Assembly (NCBI GenBank): GCA_964450435.1
Contig: CAYVCX010000002.1
Span: 43,760 to 107,759, forward strand
DNA length: 64,000 nt
Direction of reading: 5' to 3'
Origin: an uncultured Anaerolineales bacterium
GTDB lineage: Bacteria; Chloroflexota; Anaerolineae; B4-G1
Below the pieces are notes generated by a model, which saw only the letters and a program-made list of their open reading frames with translations, was not told where the DNA came from and did no database searches. How positions within the stretch are numbered: the first letter of the stretch is position 1; each line of letters begins with the position of its first letter. This document shows, piece by piece, positions 19,135 to 29,300 of this stretch. The position numbers and the translations under genes are program-made.

Positions 19135-20247
19135 ATGCGAACTTTGATTCCGGTTGAGAATGGGGATACGCTCGTGGCGGTGCAGAGCTTTCTTAAGCAG
19201 CTTCTGGAAGCTGACGTGGTGGACGCCCTCCTCGTGCCTATGCAGACCCCCAGCGGTGCTGTCACGCCTGCTCTGGTGTCGGATCCCGAGCTGTTGGACG
19301 CAGCCAATCCACTTGCCCCGGTGATGGGGCTCAATGCGGCCCCTCTGGCTGGTCGAGTCTCCGTCCGCGAGCCTCGGGAGCGTGTGGGGGTGGTGTTGCG
19401 CTCGTGCGAGCTGCGCGCGTTAACCGAGCTGGTCAAGCTGCAGCAGGCCAGCCTGGATGATCTGATCACCATCGGCGTGGATTGTCTGGGCACCTATGAC
19501 GTAAGCGTGTACACTGAAATGCGGAACGATGGCGGCGTCGATATGGGGGCCTACCTGGCGACGGCTCGAAGCGGTGATCTGGCCGCTCAAGACGGAGTTG
19601 CGTTTCGTGATGGGTGTGAGATGTGCGAGAAACCCCACGCTGCAGCCGCCGACATCATAGTGGAGCTGTTCGGCGCCGATGCGAGCACCGCCGTCCCTGT
19701 CTCGTTGCCCGATGAGATGGCCGAGACACTGGGATTGAGCCCTGGGGAGGGCGTGGAGCAGCGCCAGCAGGTGATCGAGAAGGTCGTCGCAGCACGCACC
19801 GAGGTCCGCGATCAGCGCTTTGCCGAGATTCGTGAGCGGCTTGAAGAGGAGGGCGTGGAAGGGGTCTTCGCCTCCTGCGTCCGCTGTCACAACTGCATGA
19901 CCGTCTGCCCCATCTGCTACTGCAAGACCTGTCTGTTCAGAAGCCAGGTCTTCGACCACGAGCCGATGCAGTACGCGAACTGGGCCAGGCGCAAGGGAGC
20001 CTATCGTCTGCCCGCTGACACAATGCTCTTCCACCTGACCCGCCTGAACCATATGGTGCTCTCCTGCATTGGGTGTGGCATGTGCACCAGCGACTGTCCC
20101 GCCGAACTGCCCGTCGGTGCCGTCTTTCGGGCCATTGGGCAGGCGACCCAGGAGGTCTTTGACTACGAGCCCGGTCGCGACGTCGAGGAGCCGCTGCCGC
20201 TGATCACCTTCAAGGAGGAAGAGTGGATGGATGTTGGAGAGGAGTAG
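19135..20247 (+). CDS. FrhB/FdhB-family protein (F420-hydrogenase/dehydrogenase beta-like flavo-iron-sulfur protein)
   Basis: Motif LRSCELRAL resembles the FrhB core, and there are two 4Fe-4S motifs (CVRCHNCMTVCP, CIGCGMCTSDCP). The family assignment is by eye only. Confidence 0.45.
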   Translation: MRTLIPVENGDTLVAVQSFLKQLLEADVVDALLVPMQTPSGAVTPALVSDPELLDAANPLAPVMGLNAAPLAGRVSVREPRERVGVVLRSCELRALTELVKLQQASLDDLITIGVDCLGTYDVSVYTEMRNDGGVDMGAYLATARSGDLAAQDGVAFRDGCEMCEKPHAAAADIIVELFGADASTAVPVSLPDEMAETLGLSPGEGVEQRQQVIEKVVAARTEVRDQRFAEIRERLEEEGVEGVFASCVRCHNCMTVCPICYCKTCLFRSQVFDHEPMQYANWARRKGAYRLPADTMLFHLTRLNHMVLSCIGCGMCTSDCPAELPVGAVFRAIGQATQEVFDYEPGRDVEEPLPLITFKEEEWMDVGEE

Positions 20248-20252
20248 AGACC

Positions 20253-20951
20253 ATGGAAGAGAAGCAAGAAAGCCTGATCCCTGTTTACATCATAGGCAAG
20301 CGCTACATGGTGCCGCCGACGCTGACCATCATGAAAGCTATGGAGTACGCGGGCTACCAGCTCATTCGCGGTGTGGGCTGTCGCGGCGGGTTCTGCGGGG
20401 CCTGTGGGACCACTTATCGCATCAAGGGCGACCCCAAGCTCTACTTCGATCTCGCCTGCCAGACGGTGGTGCAGCCGGACATGTACCTGGCCCAGATACC
20501 ATTTTTCCCTGCGCAGCGAGCGACCTACGACCTCACTCAGATGGAGGCCACGCCTGCTACCCTGTTCTCTACCTACCCGGAGCTGCTCCGCTGCCTCGGG
20601 TGCGGCGCTTGCACCAAAGCCTGCCCTCAAGATCTCGACGTGAGGGCCTACATGGCAACGGGCATGAAGGGTGATATCGCCGAGATGGCCGATCTATCCT
20701 TCGACTGCATCATGTGCGGCCTCTGCGCGGCGCGCTGTCCTGCCGAGGAGGCTCAGTACAATATTGCCATCCTGGCGCGACGGCTCTACGGTCGGTATCT
20801 GGCGCCGCGGTCGCAGCACCTGGAGGAGCGCCTCGAGGAGATCGAGGCGGGCGCGTTCGACGCGAAACTGGAGGAGCTGAAGGAGCTCAACCGTGATGGG
20901 CTCGTAGAGCGATACGAGGCCCGCGATATCGAGCCAGAGGAACGCGAGTAG
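20253..20951 (+). CDS. SdhB/FrdB-like iron-sulfur subunit (2Fe-2S plus 4Fe-4S plus a third cluster)
   Basis: Motifs CRGGFCGACG (2Fe-2S), CLGCGACTKACP and CIMCGLCAARCP. The ATG at 20253 is taken as the start; the listed ORF at 20223 overlaps the upstream gene. Confidence 0.6.
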   Translation: MEEKQESLIPVYIIGKRYMVPPTLTIMKAMEYAGYQLIRGVGCRGGFCGACGTTYRIKGDPKLYFDLACQTVVQPDMYLAQIPFFPAQRATYDLTQMEATPATLFSTYPELLRCLGCGACTKACPQDLDVRAYMATGMKGDIAEMADLSFDCIMCGLCAARCPAEEAQYNIAILARRLYGRYLAPRSQHLEERLEEIEAGAFDAKLEELKELNRDGLVERYEARDIEPEERE

Positions 20952-20968
20952 AGGAGGATTAGGAACCC

Positions 20969-22576
20969 ATGAACGGCTATCCTGCCGAGATGCAGGAATC
21001 GATCAGACAGGTCGAGGCGACCCGTATGCGCCGCATCGACGAGACGCATCCCCGGATGTCCATCGAGGAGCGCGAGCGTGTGCTAGATCAGTTTCATCCC
21101 GATTACATCGAGGAGAGAATGCGCTCTGTACGCGTCGGCGTCAGCAAAGGCCAGCGTATGCCCCTCGAGTTGGCCAACGTAGTTGAGGGACGCCCGCACG
21201 TCAGTCCCGATTTCGACCTCAGCGAGCCCGTGGCCGAGACCGACGTGCTCGTCATCGGCGGCGGCGGCGCGGGTGCATCGGCCGCACTCCTCGCTCAGGA
21301 GGACGGTGCCCGAGTGATCGTGGTGACCAAGCTCCGCTTCGGCGACGCCAACACCATGATGGCCCAGGGCGGCATCCAGGCTGCCGATCGTCCCAACGAC
21401 AGCCCCGCCATTCACTACCTGGACGTCATCGGCGGCGGTCACTTCACCAACGACCCCGATCTGGTAGAGGCCCTGGTGATGGACGGTCCGGTGGTCATTG
21501 ACTGGCTCGAGCGTCTGGGAGTGATGTTCGACAAAGAGCCGGACGGGACGATGGTGGAGCGCCACGGCGGTGGAACCAGCCGTATGCGCATGCACTCCGC
21601 CCGCGACTACTCTGGTGCCGAGATCATGCGCACCCTGCGGGATGAGGTGCGTAACCGCGAGGACGATATCCGAGTGATTGAGTTCGCCCCCGCCGTGGAG
21701 CTGGTGCTTGACGATAATGGGTGTGTCGCCGGTGCCATCATGATGAACCTGGAGACGAAGGCCTATTCCTACATTAAAGCCAAAGCAGTCGTCGTGGCCG
21801 CCGGCGGGGGAGGACGGCTCCATTACCAGGGCTTCCCTACCACCAACCACTACGGCGCGACGGCGGATGGCGTGGTGATGGCCTACCGCGCCGGCGTCTC
21901 ACTTGGATACTTGGAGTCTATGCAGTATCATCCCACTGGGGCGGCTTTCCCGGAGCAGATTGTGGGTCAGTTGGTGACGGAGAAGGTCCGCGGGCTGGGT
22001 GCCCAGCCTGTCAACAAGCACGGTGAGCAGTTTGTCTTCCCCCTTGAGCCGCGCGATGTGGAGGCGGCCGCCTTCATCCGCGAGTGTCGGGAGCGCGGCA
22101 ACGGGCTCGTCACGCCCACAGGACAGCCCGGCGTCTGGCTTGACTCACCCATGATTGAGATCATCCATGGGCCTGGCACGATTCGCGAGAACTTGCCGGC
22201 GATGGTGCGTCAGTTCAAACGCTTCGACATAGATATGACCAAGGAGCCGATGCTCGTCTATCCGACACTCCATTACCAGAACGGCGGTGTGCGCCTGGAG
22301 CCTGATGGATCGACCGCGGTCCCGGGCCTGTTCATCGCCGGCGAGGTGAGCGGCGGGGTGCACGGTCATAACCGGCTGATGGGCAACTCGCTCTTGGAGG
22401 TCAGCGTCTACGGGCGGCGCGCCGGCTGGTCGGCCGCGGACTATGCCCGCGACGCCGTAGTGGGGCAGGCCAATCTGGCCCACGTGAAGACCTGGAATCA
22501 GGAGCTGGAAGAGACCGGTGTGGACACGGGCGTCATCTCGCCCATTCTCCTGCCGGATTACACGCGGCGGACGTAG
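20969..22576 (+). CDS. Succinate dehydrogenase / fumarate reductase flavoprotein-like FAD oxidoreductase
   Basis: FAD fold DVLVIGGGGAGASAA, an HPTG motif, and the 535 aa length. An AGGAGGA RBS is present. Confidence 0.7.
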   Translation: MNGYPAEMQESIRQVEATRMRRIDETHPRMSIEERERVLDQFHPDYIEERMRSVRVGVSKGQRMPLELANVVEGRPHVSPDFDLSEPVAETDVLVIGGGGAGASAALLAQEDGARVIVVTKLRFGDANTMMAQGGIQAADRPNDSPAIHYLDVIGGGHFTNDPDLVEALVMDGPVVIDWLERLGVMFDKEPDGTMVERHGGGTSRMRMHSARDYSGAEIMRTLRDEVRNREDDIRVIEFAPAVELVLDDNGCVAGAIMMNLETKAYSYIKAKAVVVAAGGGGRLHYQGFPTTNHYGATADGVVMAYRAGVSLGYLESMQYHPTGAAFPEQIVGQLVTEKVRGLGAQPVNKHGEQFVFPLEPRDVEAAAFIRECRERGNGLVTPTGQPGVWLDSPMIEIIHGPGTIRENLPAMVRQFKRFDIDMTKEPMLVYPTLHYQNGGVRLEPDGSTAVPGLFIAGEVSGGVHGHNRLMGNSLLEVSVYGRRAGWSAADYARDAVVGQANLAHVKTWNQELEETGVDTGVISPILLPDYTRRT

Positions 22577-22654
22577 CTGGGCAGGGGAGCAGTGGATCAC
22601 CGACTGGATGCGCGAACGGACAATGAACAGACATATCAGGAAACGAGAGGGAAA

Positions 22655-25600
22655 ATGCCTTTGAAGACGGAACATGGAACTGCTGGGGCGGTACTGGTAG
22701 TGGGCGGCGGCGTTGGGGGCATGCGGGCGGCAATTGATGCAGCCGAGGCCGGGCTGAAGGTCTATCTCCTGGAGAGGCTGCCGTGGATAGGAGGCCGCGT
22801 GGCACAGCTGGGCTATATGTTCCCCACCCACGACTGTGTGCTTTGCCGGGGGACTGCTGACCACGGCTATGGCTGCACAAAGCCAACTATCTCACCGGCC
22901 CTCCTCGATTTCAACCTGCATCCCAACATCGAAATATTGAACAACTCGGACCTGATCAGCGTCGGCGGTCGAGCGGGTGACTTCACCGTGACCGTGCGCC
23001 GTCGCCCTACGTACGTGGACGCCGATCATTGCATCAACTGCGGGATATGCAGTGCCGTGTGCCCGGTTAGCCTTCCCAGCCCTTTTGAAGAAGCACTGAA
23101 GCCCCGCAAGGCGATCTACAAGATGGCCCCGCGGGCGGTGCCCAACACCTATATTGTGGACAAAGTTCCGCGTTGCGAGACCTGTCGCCGCTGCGAGGCC
23201 GTGTGCCCGACTGAGGCGGTCCATCTCGATGAGAGGGAATTCGAGCAAGAACTGGATGTCGGGGCCATTATCCTGTCGGTGGGGTTCTCATTGCCCGACC
23301 CCGGGGAGTACGAGGAGCTGGGCCATGGCCGCTATCCCAACGTCATCCACTCGATGGAGTACGAACGGCTGGCCAGCCGTTCTGGCCCCACGGAGGGGGT
23401 GGTTATGCGCCCGTCCGACGGGGCAGAGCCCGATCGCATCGCCTGGCTGCAGTGCATTGGGTCCCGCGATCAGAAATATCCCTTTTGCTCCTCAATCTGC
23501 TGCATGTACGCTACCAAGGAGGCAATGGTAGCGAAAGAGCGGATCGACGATGTTCGGTGCCAGATCTTTATGATGGATGAGCGCGCCTTCAACAAGGAGT
23601 TCAACGCCTACTATGAACAGGCGCGTGAGGAGTATCAGATAGAGTACACCCGCTGCCGCATCTCCGAGGTCAAGGAGGATCCGGACACCCACGACTTGAT
23701 CCTCCGCTACCCCGACGACGAAGGGCGTATGCATGAGGAGCAATTCGACATGGTGGTTCTCTCCGTCGGCGCGCACCCGCCGAACGGGTCGAAGGACCTG
23801 GCCAACGTGCTGCAAATTGAATTGAACCCCTACGGCTTCTGTGAGACGGACAAGTTCGCGCCGTTGGAGACCAGCCGGCCGGGCATCTACGTTTGCGGGG
23901 CCTTTGCCTCCCCGAAGGAGATCGCCGAGACGATCCTGGATGCTGCTGGAGCGGTAGGGGATGTCACTCGTCTGATGCGAGAGCAGGTTGGCCGACTGCC
24001 TGCCAGCCGTGAGTTTCCATTCCTCTGGAGGCCGGACAGACTGCCCGCCGAGCGGGACGTGAGCGGCGAAGAGCCCCGCGTGGGCGTCTTCCTCTGCCGC
24101 TGCACGCCCACGCTCGACGGTGTGGTGGACGTGGACGAGGTGGCTGGCTTCGCTGAGGCGATGCCGAACGTGGTTCACGTCCGACCGGTGGAGTACGGCT
24201 GCTTCGAGCCAGGCCTGGACGCCATCCGATCTGATATCAAGGAGCACGGGCTGAATCGCGTGATCGTCGCAGCTTGCAGCCATCGCACTCACGAGCCACT
24301 GTTCCAGCGTACGGTGCGGGAGGCAGGGCTGAATCCCTACCTCCTGGAGATGGTGAATGTGCGGGAGCACTGTGCCTGGGCCCATATCGATGATCCGCCC
24401 GGGGCCACTCGCAAGGCGAAGGAGCTGATGCGCATGGCGCTGGGTCGCGTCCTGGCGGCCGAGCCGGTCCACAAACTGGAGCTCAGGCCTGTGCCTCGGA
24501 CCTTGGTCATCGGCGGCGGGGTGGCGGGGATGACCGCTGCACTGAACGTCGCCGATGCCGGCTACGACGTGACGCTGGTGGAACGCGAATCGGAGTTGGG
24601 AGGGAATCTGCGCAACGTCTACTACGTGGCCGAGCCCGAGAATCCCCAGCGGCTGCTGCGTGATCTGATCAACCGCATCATCGGTCACGAGCGCATCGAT
24701 CTTCTGACCGAGACCGAGCTTGTGTCGCACAGGGGACGCGTCGGTGACTTCACATCTGTGCTTCGCAACCTGCGCGACGGGCGCATTGTGGAGACCGAAG
24801 TAACTCACGGTGCTACGATCGTCGCCACCGGAGGGCGCGAATGGCGGGGTGACGTCTACATGCTGGGACGTGATCCTCGAGTAGTCACCTCAGAGGACTT
24901 GGAGGATATCATCGCCCATCGCCCGGAGGAGATCACCGACCTGGAGCAGGTGGTCTTCATCCAGTGCGTGCGCCCACCCGGTGGAGTGGAGTACTGCAGT
25001 CGTATTTGCTGCACCAACACGATGAAGAATGCGAATCGCATCAAGATGCTCAATCCCAGCTGCCAGGTTGTTGTACTGTATCAGGACATCATCACCTACG
25101 GTTTCCGGGAGGCATTCTACACCGAGGCGCGCGAGCGCGGTGTCATCTTTATGCGATACGATGAGGAGCATCTCCCGGATCTACGCAAGGTGAACGGTGA
25201 TCTGGAACTCACGGCGTGGGACCCAACTCTGGATAGAGAGACAACTCTCAGGCCCGACATGCTGGCCTTGAGTATGGCGATCGAGCCTTCTCCCGGCACG
25301 GAGAAGTTGGCGCGGATACTGGGAGTGGATCTCTCCAGCGAGGGCTTCTTCATGGAGGCCCACCTGAAGATGAGGCCCATGGACTTCGCGTCGGAGGGCA
25401 TCTTCTTCTGCGGCATGGCGCATTACCCCAAGTTCATTGAGGACGCCATTGCCAACGCCCAGGCTGCCGCGGGACGGGCGCTTACCATCCTCTCGAAGGA
25501 TCGCCTCTATATCGGCGGCGTGATCGCCGAGGTGGATCAAGATAGTTGTGTGGGTTGCTTGACTTGCGTGCGGACCTGCCCCTTCGAGGTCCCGGAGATA

Positions 25601-25801
25601 CGCGGCGAGGATATGGGAGTCGGCAAGATCAAGGGAGCGGCATACATCGAACCGGGCCTCTGTCAGGGGTGCGGCACGTGCGTCGGTGAATGTCCGGCCA
25701 AAGCTATTCAGCTGATCAACTATCGAGACGAACAGATCATGGCCCATTCCCTGGGGAGCTGGATGCCGGAGGTCGTGGGTCAGGGAGAGTACAATGGATA
25801 A
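22655..25801 (+). CDS. hdrA: Tandem HdrA-like flavoprotein (about 1048 aa), same architecture as 11024-14092
   Basis: Motifs VLVVGGGVGGMRAA and FPTHDCVLC in the first half. Motif VFLCRCTPTLDG and a second GGGVAGMTAA in the second half. Ferredoxins at the C-terminus. Confidence 0.8.
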   Translation: MPLKTEHGTAGAVLVVGGGVGGMRAAIDAAEAGLKVYLLERLPWIGGRVAQLGYMFPTHDCVLCRGTADHGYGCTKPTISPALLDFNLHPNIEILNNSDLISVGGRAGDFTVTVRRRPTYVDADHCINCGICSAVCPVSLPSPFEEALKPRKAIYKMAPRAVPNTYIVDKVPRCETCRRCEAVCPTEAVHLDEREFEQELDVGAIILSVGFSLPDPGEYEELGHGRYPNVIHSMEYERLASRSGPTEGVVMRPSDGAEPDRIAWLQCIGSRDQKYPFCSSICCMYATKEAMVAKERIDDVRCQIFMMDERAFNKEFNAYYEQAREEYQIEYTRCRISEVKEDPDTHDLILRYPDDEGRMHEEQFDMVVLSVGAHPPNGSKDLANVLQIELNPYGFCETDKFAPLETSRPGIYVCGAFASPKEIAETILDAAGAVGDVTRLMREQVGRLPASREFPFLWRPDRLPAERDVSGEEPRVGVFLCRCTPTLDGVVDVDEVAGFAEAMPNVVHVRPVEYGCFEPGLDAIRSDIKEHGLNRVIVAACSHRTHEPLFQRTVREAGLNPYLLEMVNVREHCAWAHIDDPPGATRKAKELMRMALGRVLAAEPVHKLELRPVPRTLVIGGGVAGMTAALNVADAGYDVTLVERESELGGNLRNVYYVAEPENPQRLLRDLINRIIGHERIDLLTETELVSHRGRVGDFTSVLRNLRDGRIVETEVTHGATIVATGGREWRGDVYMLGRDPRVVTSEDLEDIIAHRPEEITDLEQVVFIQCVRPPGGVEYCSRICCTNTMKNANRIKMLNPSCQVVVLYQDIITYGFREAFYTEARERGVIFMRYDEEHLPDLRKVNGDLELTAWDPTLDRETTLRPDMLALSMAIEPSPGTEKLARILGVDLSSEGFFMEAHLKMRPMDFASEGIFFCGMAHYPKFIEDAIANAQAAAGRALTILSKDRLYIGGVIAEVDQDSCVGCLTCVRTCPFEVPEIRGEDMGVGKIKGAAYIEPGLCQGCGTCVGECPAKAIQLINYRDEQIMAHSLGSWMPEVVGQGEYNG

Positions 25802-26252
25802 CGAAGGAACCGGACACGAAGGATTCGTACCGGAAATCACCGCCTTTACCTGCATCTACTGCGGCTACATGTCTGCCGACACCGCCGGGACGCTGCGGCT
25901 CACCTATCCGTCGAATGTCAAGTTGGTTCGATTGCCGTGTACCGGCAAGGTAGACGTACGCCATCTCTTGAACGCCTTTGAGGAAGGGGCAGATGGCGCC
26001 TACGTGGTCGCCTGTCCCATTGGCAACTGCCATCACGTCCACGGCAACGAACGGGCGGTGAAGAGAATCGAGTACACCAAGAAACTGCTGGATGAGGTGG
26101 GCATCGGCGGCGAGCGCCTGGACATCGTCTTCACCACCGGGGGGATGGGAGCTTCCTTCGCCAATGCCGCCAGGCGCATGACAGAGCGTATCAGAGAGCT
26201 GGGTCCGAACCCGCTGAACGGACACGGGGCTGAAGGGCTGGGGAGTCGGTAG
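25794..26252 (+). CDS. mvhD: MvhD paralog (variant motif ACPIGNCHHVHG)
   Basis: Motif FTCIYCGYMSADTAG. It overlaps the stop of the upstream hdrA by 8 nt. Confidence 0.8.
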   Translation: MDNEGTGHEGFVPEITAFTCIYCGYMSADTAGTLRLTYPSNVKLVRLPCTGKVDVRHLLNAFEEGADGAYVVACPIGNCHHVHGNERAVKRIEYTKKLLDEVGIGGERLDIVFTTGGMGASFANAARRMTERIRELGPNPLNGHGAEGLGSR

Positions 26253-26339
26253 GACGACGATTGGGTCCGGTCTGCAGATCTGATCCTGCCCGGCTCCAAG
26301 TCGTATTCTGCCGCGCACGGACACGAAAGAGGACCGAAG

Positions 26340-29300
26340 ATGCAGCAAGTTGTCAAGCAGAGGAGTCCTATTGGTGCCGCGATGGTGGTCGGCGGCGGAG
26401 TCGCTGGCATTCAAGCGTCACTGGATATGGCGGAGGCCGGCTACAAGGTCTATCTGGTGGAGGCCAAGTCGGCCATCGGTGGGCACATGGCACAGCTGGA
26501 TAAGACCTTTCCCACCAATGACTGCGCCATGTGCATCATCAGCCCCAAGCTCGTGGATGCCGGTCGCCATCGCAACATCGAGCTGTTGGTCGATAGCGAG
26601 GTCATCGGGGTTCAGGGCGAGGCTGGGGATTTCGCCGTTCGTCTGCGCCAGAGGCCCCGTTACATCGACCTCGACAAGTGTACCGGCTGCGGCGACTGCG
26701 CCGATGTCTGTCCGGTCGTCATCCCCAGTCAATTCGACGAAGGATTGGCGGAGCAGCGGGCGGCTTACAAACTCTATCCGCAGGCTGTGCCCAACGCCTT
26801 TGCTATCGAGAAGCGGGGAGTCGCACCCTGTCGTGACGCCTGCCCGTCCGGGCAGCGTGCTCAGGGCTACATCGCCCTTATCCGGGAGGGGCGCTACGAA
26901 GACGCCCTGCGGGTCATTAAGGAGGACAACCCTTTTCCCGGCATCTGCGGCCGCATCTGCAATCACCGCTGTGAGGATGCCTGCAACCGGGGCAAGTTGG
27001 ATGAGCCGATCAACATTCGGGCGCTGAAGCGTGTCGTCACAGACAGGGTCTACGCCGAAACGCGAGCGCCTGTCCAGCCAGCGGAGCGGATCTACGACGA
27101 GCGCGTCGCCATCATCGGGGCTGGACCATGTGGGCTCACCGCAGCCCAGGATCTCTGTAAGGAGGGTTATGCGGTCACTGTCTTCGAGGCTCTCCCTGTG
27201 GCCGGCGGAATGCTCCGTGTTGGCGTTCCTGAATACCGCTTGCCCTCCGAGATCGTGGATCGGGAAGTCCGCGACATTGTCGATCTTGGTGTGGATCTGC
27301 GGCTGAATCGTCGGGTGGACAACCTGGATGAGGTTTTCGACAAGGGTTTCGACGCTGTGCTCGTTGCTGTGGGCGCTCACGAGGGCGTCCGGCCCCCCGT
27401 TCCCGGCGCCGACCAGGAGGGAGTGCTGGTTAGCACCGTGTTCCTGCGCGACGTGCGAATCGGCGAGCCACCGGAGCTGGGAGAGCGCGTCGCAGTCGTC
27501 GGGGCTGGTGATGTGGCGATGGACGTGGCCCGTACTGCCGTGCGGTTGGGGTCGGAGGTCCACGTCTTTTACCGCCGCCGGCGTCAAGACGCTACCGCTG
27601 CCGAGCAGGAGATCCGGCACGCCGCGGAGGAGGGAGTATCCTTTCACTTCCAGACCAATCCCACGGAGATCATCGGCGATGGTGACGGCAGGCTGAAAGG
27701 GATGATGTGCGTCGACACCGAGCCGGGAATGCCGGACCGGTCTGGCCGACCGCGCCCGGTTCCCATCCCCGAATCCGAGCACTTCGTCCCGTGCGACGAC
27801 GTCATCTTCGCCGTGGGCCAGCGCGCCGGCCTGGCTTTCATCCCGGAGAGCTCCGGCGTGGGCATCACGGATCAATCTACCATCGCGGTGAATCCCAACA
27901 CCATGGCTGCCACCCGCGAAGGCGTCTTCGCTGCGGGCGACGCTACAACTGGCACGGCCTTCGTCATCGAGGCGGTCGCTCACGGTCATAGAGCCGCCCG
28001 CTCGATCCACCGCTACTTGCGCGGCGAGGAGCTGGAGCCGCCACCCGAGCCGGACCTCCCCGTCGTGGAGCTGACCCAGGCGGAAATTGAGGAGCGTGTG
28101 ACCCGGGGCGAGGTCCAGGTTCAGCCCCGGGTGCCGATGGACGAGCTCTCGGTCGACGAACGGGTCTCCACCTTCCAGGAGGTGACGACGGGCTACACCG
28201 ATGAGCAGGCCCAGGCCGAAGCGGCCCGCTGCCTGGCCTGTGGGATCTGCTCCGAGTGTCTCAGTTGTGTCTATGAGTGTGAGGCCGATGCCGTCGTCCA
28301 CGACATGGTGGAGCAGGTGTATGATATCGACGTCGGCGCTATCCTTATGGCCCCCGGCTTTGAAGCTTATCACGCCGAGGGTTCGGCGGAGTACGGTTGG
28401 GGACGCTATCCTAATGTGATCACCTCCGTTCAACTCGAGCGGCTGCTCAATGCTTCTGGACCCACGCACGGTCACGCGCGGCGACCATCGGACGGGAGGA
28501 CGCCGAAGCGCATCGCCTTCCTCCAATGCGTCGGCTCGCGCGATCAGGAGCACGACTACTGTTCCTCTGTTTGCTGTATGTATGCCACCAAGGAGGCCAT
28601 TCTGGCCATCGAGCACGAGCCAGATACCGAGGTCACCATCTTCATGATGGACATGCGGGCCTTCAGCAAGGGCTACGAAGAGTACTATCAGAGGGCCCAG
28701 GACCGTTACGGCATCGAGTACGTCCGCTGTCGCATTTCCGAGATCAAAGAGGACCCAGACACCCACGATCTGCTGGTGCGCTACGTTGAGGGCGAAGGCT
28801 CGCAATTCGCCGTTCGCCACGCCCGGTTCGACATGGTGGTGCTTTCGGTGGGGATGGAGGTGCCTGAGAGTGTCCGTGATCTGGGCCAGCGGTTAGGCAT
28901 TGCGCTGGATGAGTATGGCTTCGCCCGGACGAACCCCTTCGCCCCCCTGGAGTCCAGCAAGGCGGGCATTTTCGCGCTCGGTCCGTTCCAGGAGCCGAAG
29001 GATATCCCTGAATCAGTGGTTCAGGCCAGCGGGGCGGCTGGCCTGGCCGGTGCGCTGCTGGCTCCCGCTCGTTGGACGCTGACGGAGGAGGAACCGTATC
29101 CTCCGGAACGAGACATCTCCCAGGAGGAACCTCGTGTCGGTGTCTTTATCTGCCATTGCGGCTCGAACATCGCTGGCTTCTTGGATGTGCCTGCCGTGGC
29201 CGAGCACGCCGGTATGCTGCCCGGGGTCGTCCATGCTGAACATAACCTCTACTCCTGCTCCCAGGATGCCATTCAACACATCACGGAGGTGACGAAAGAA

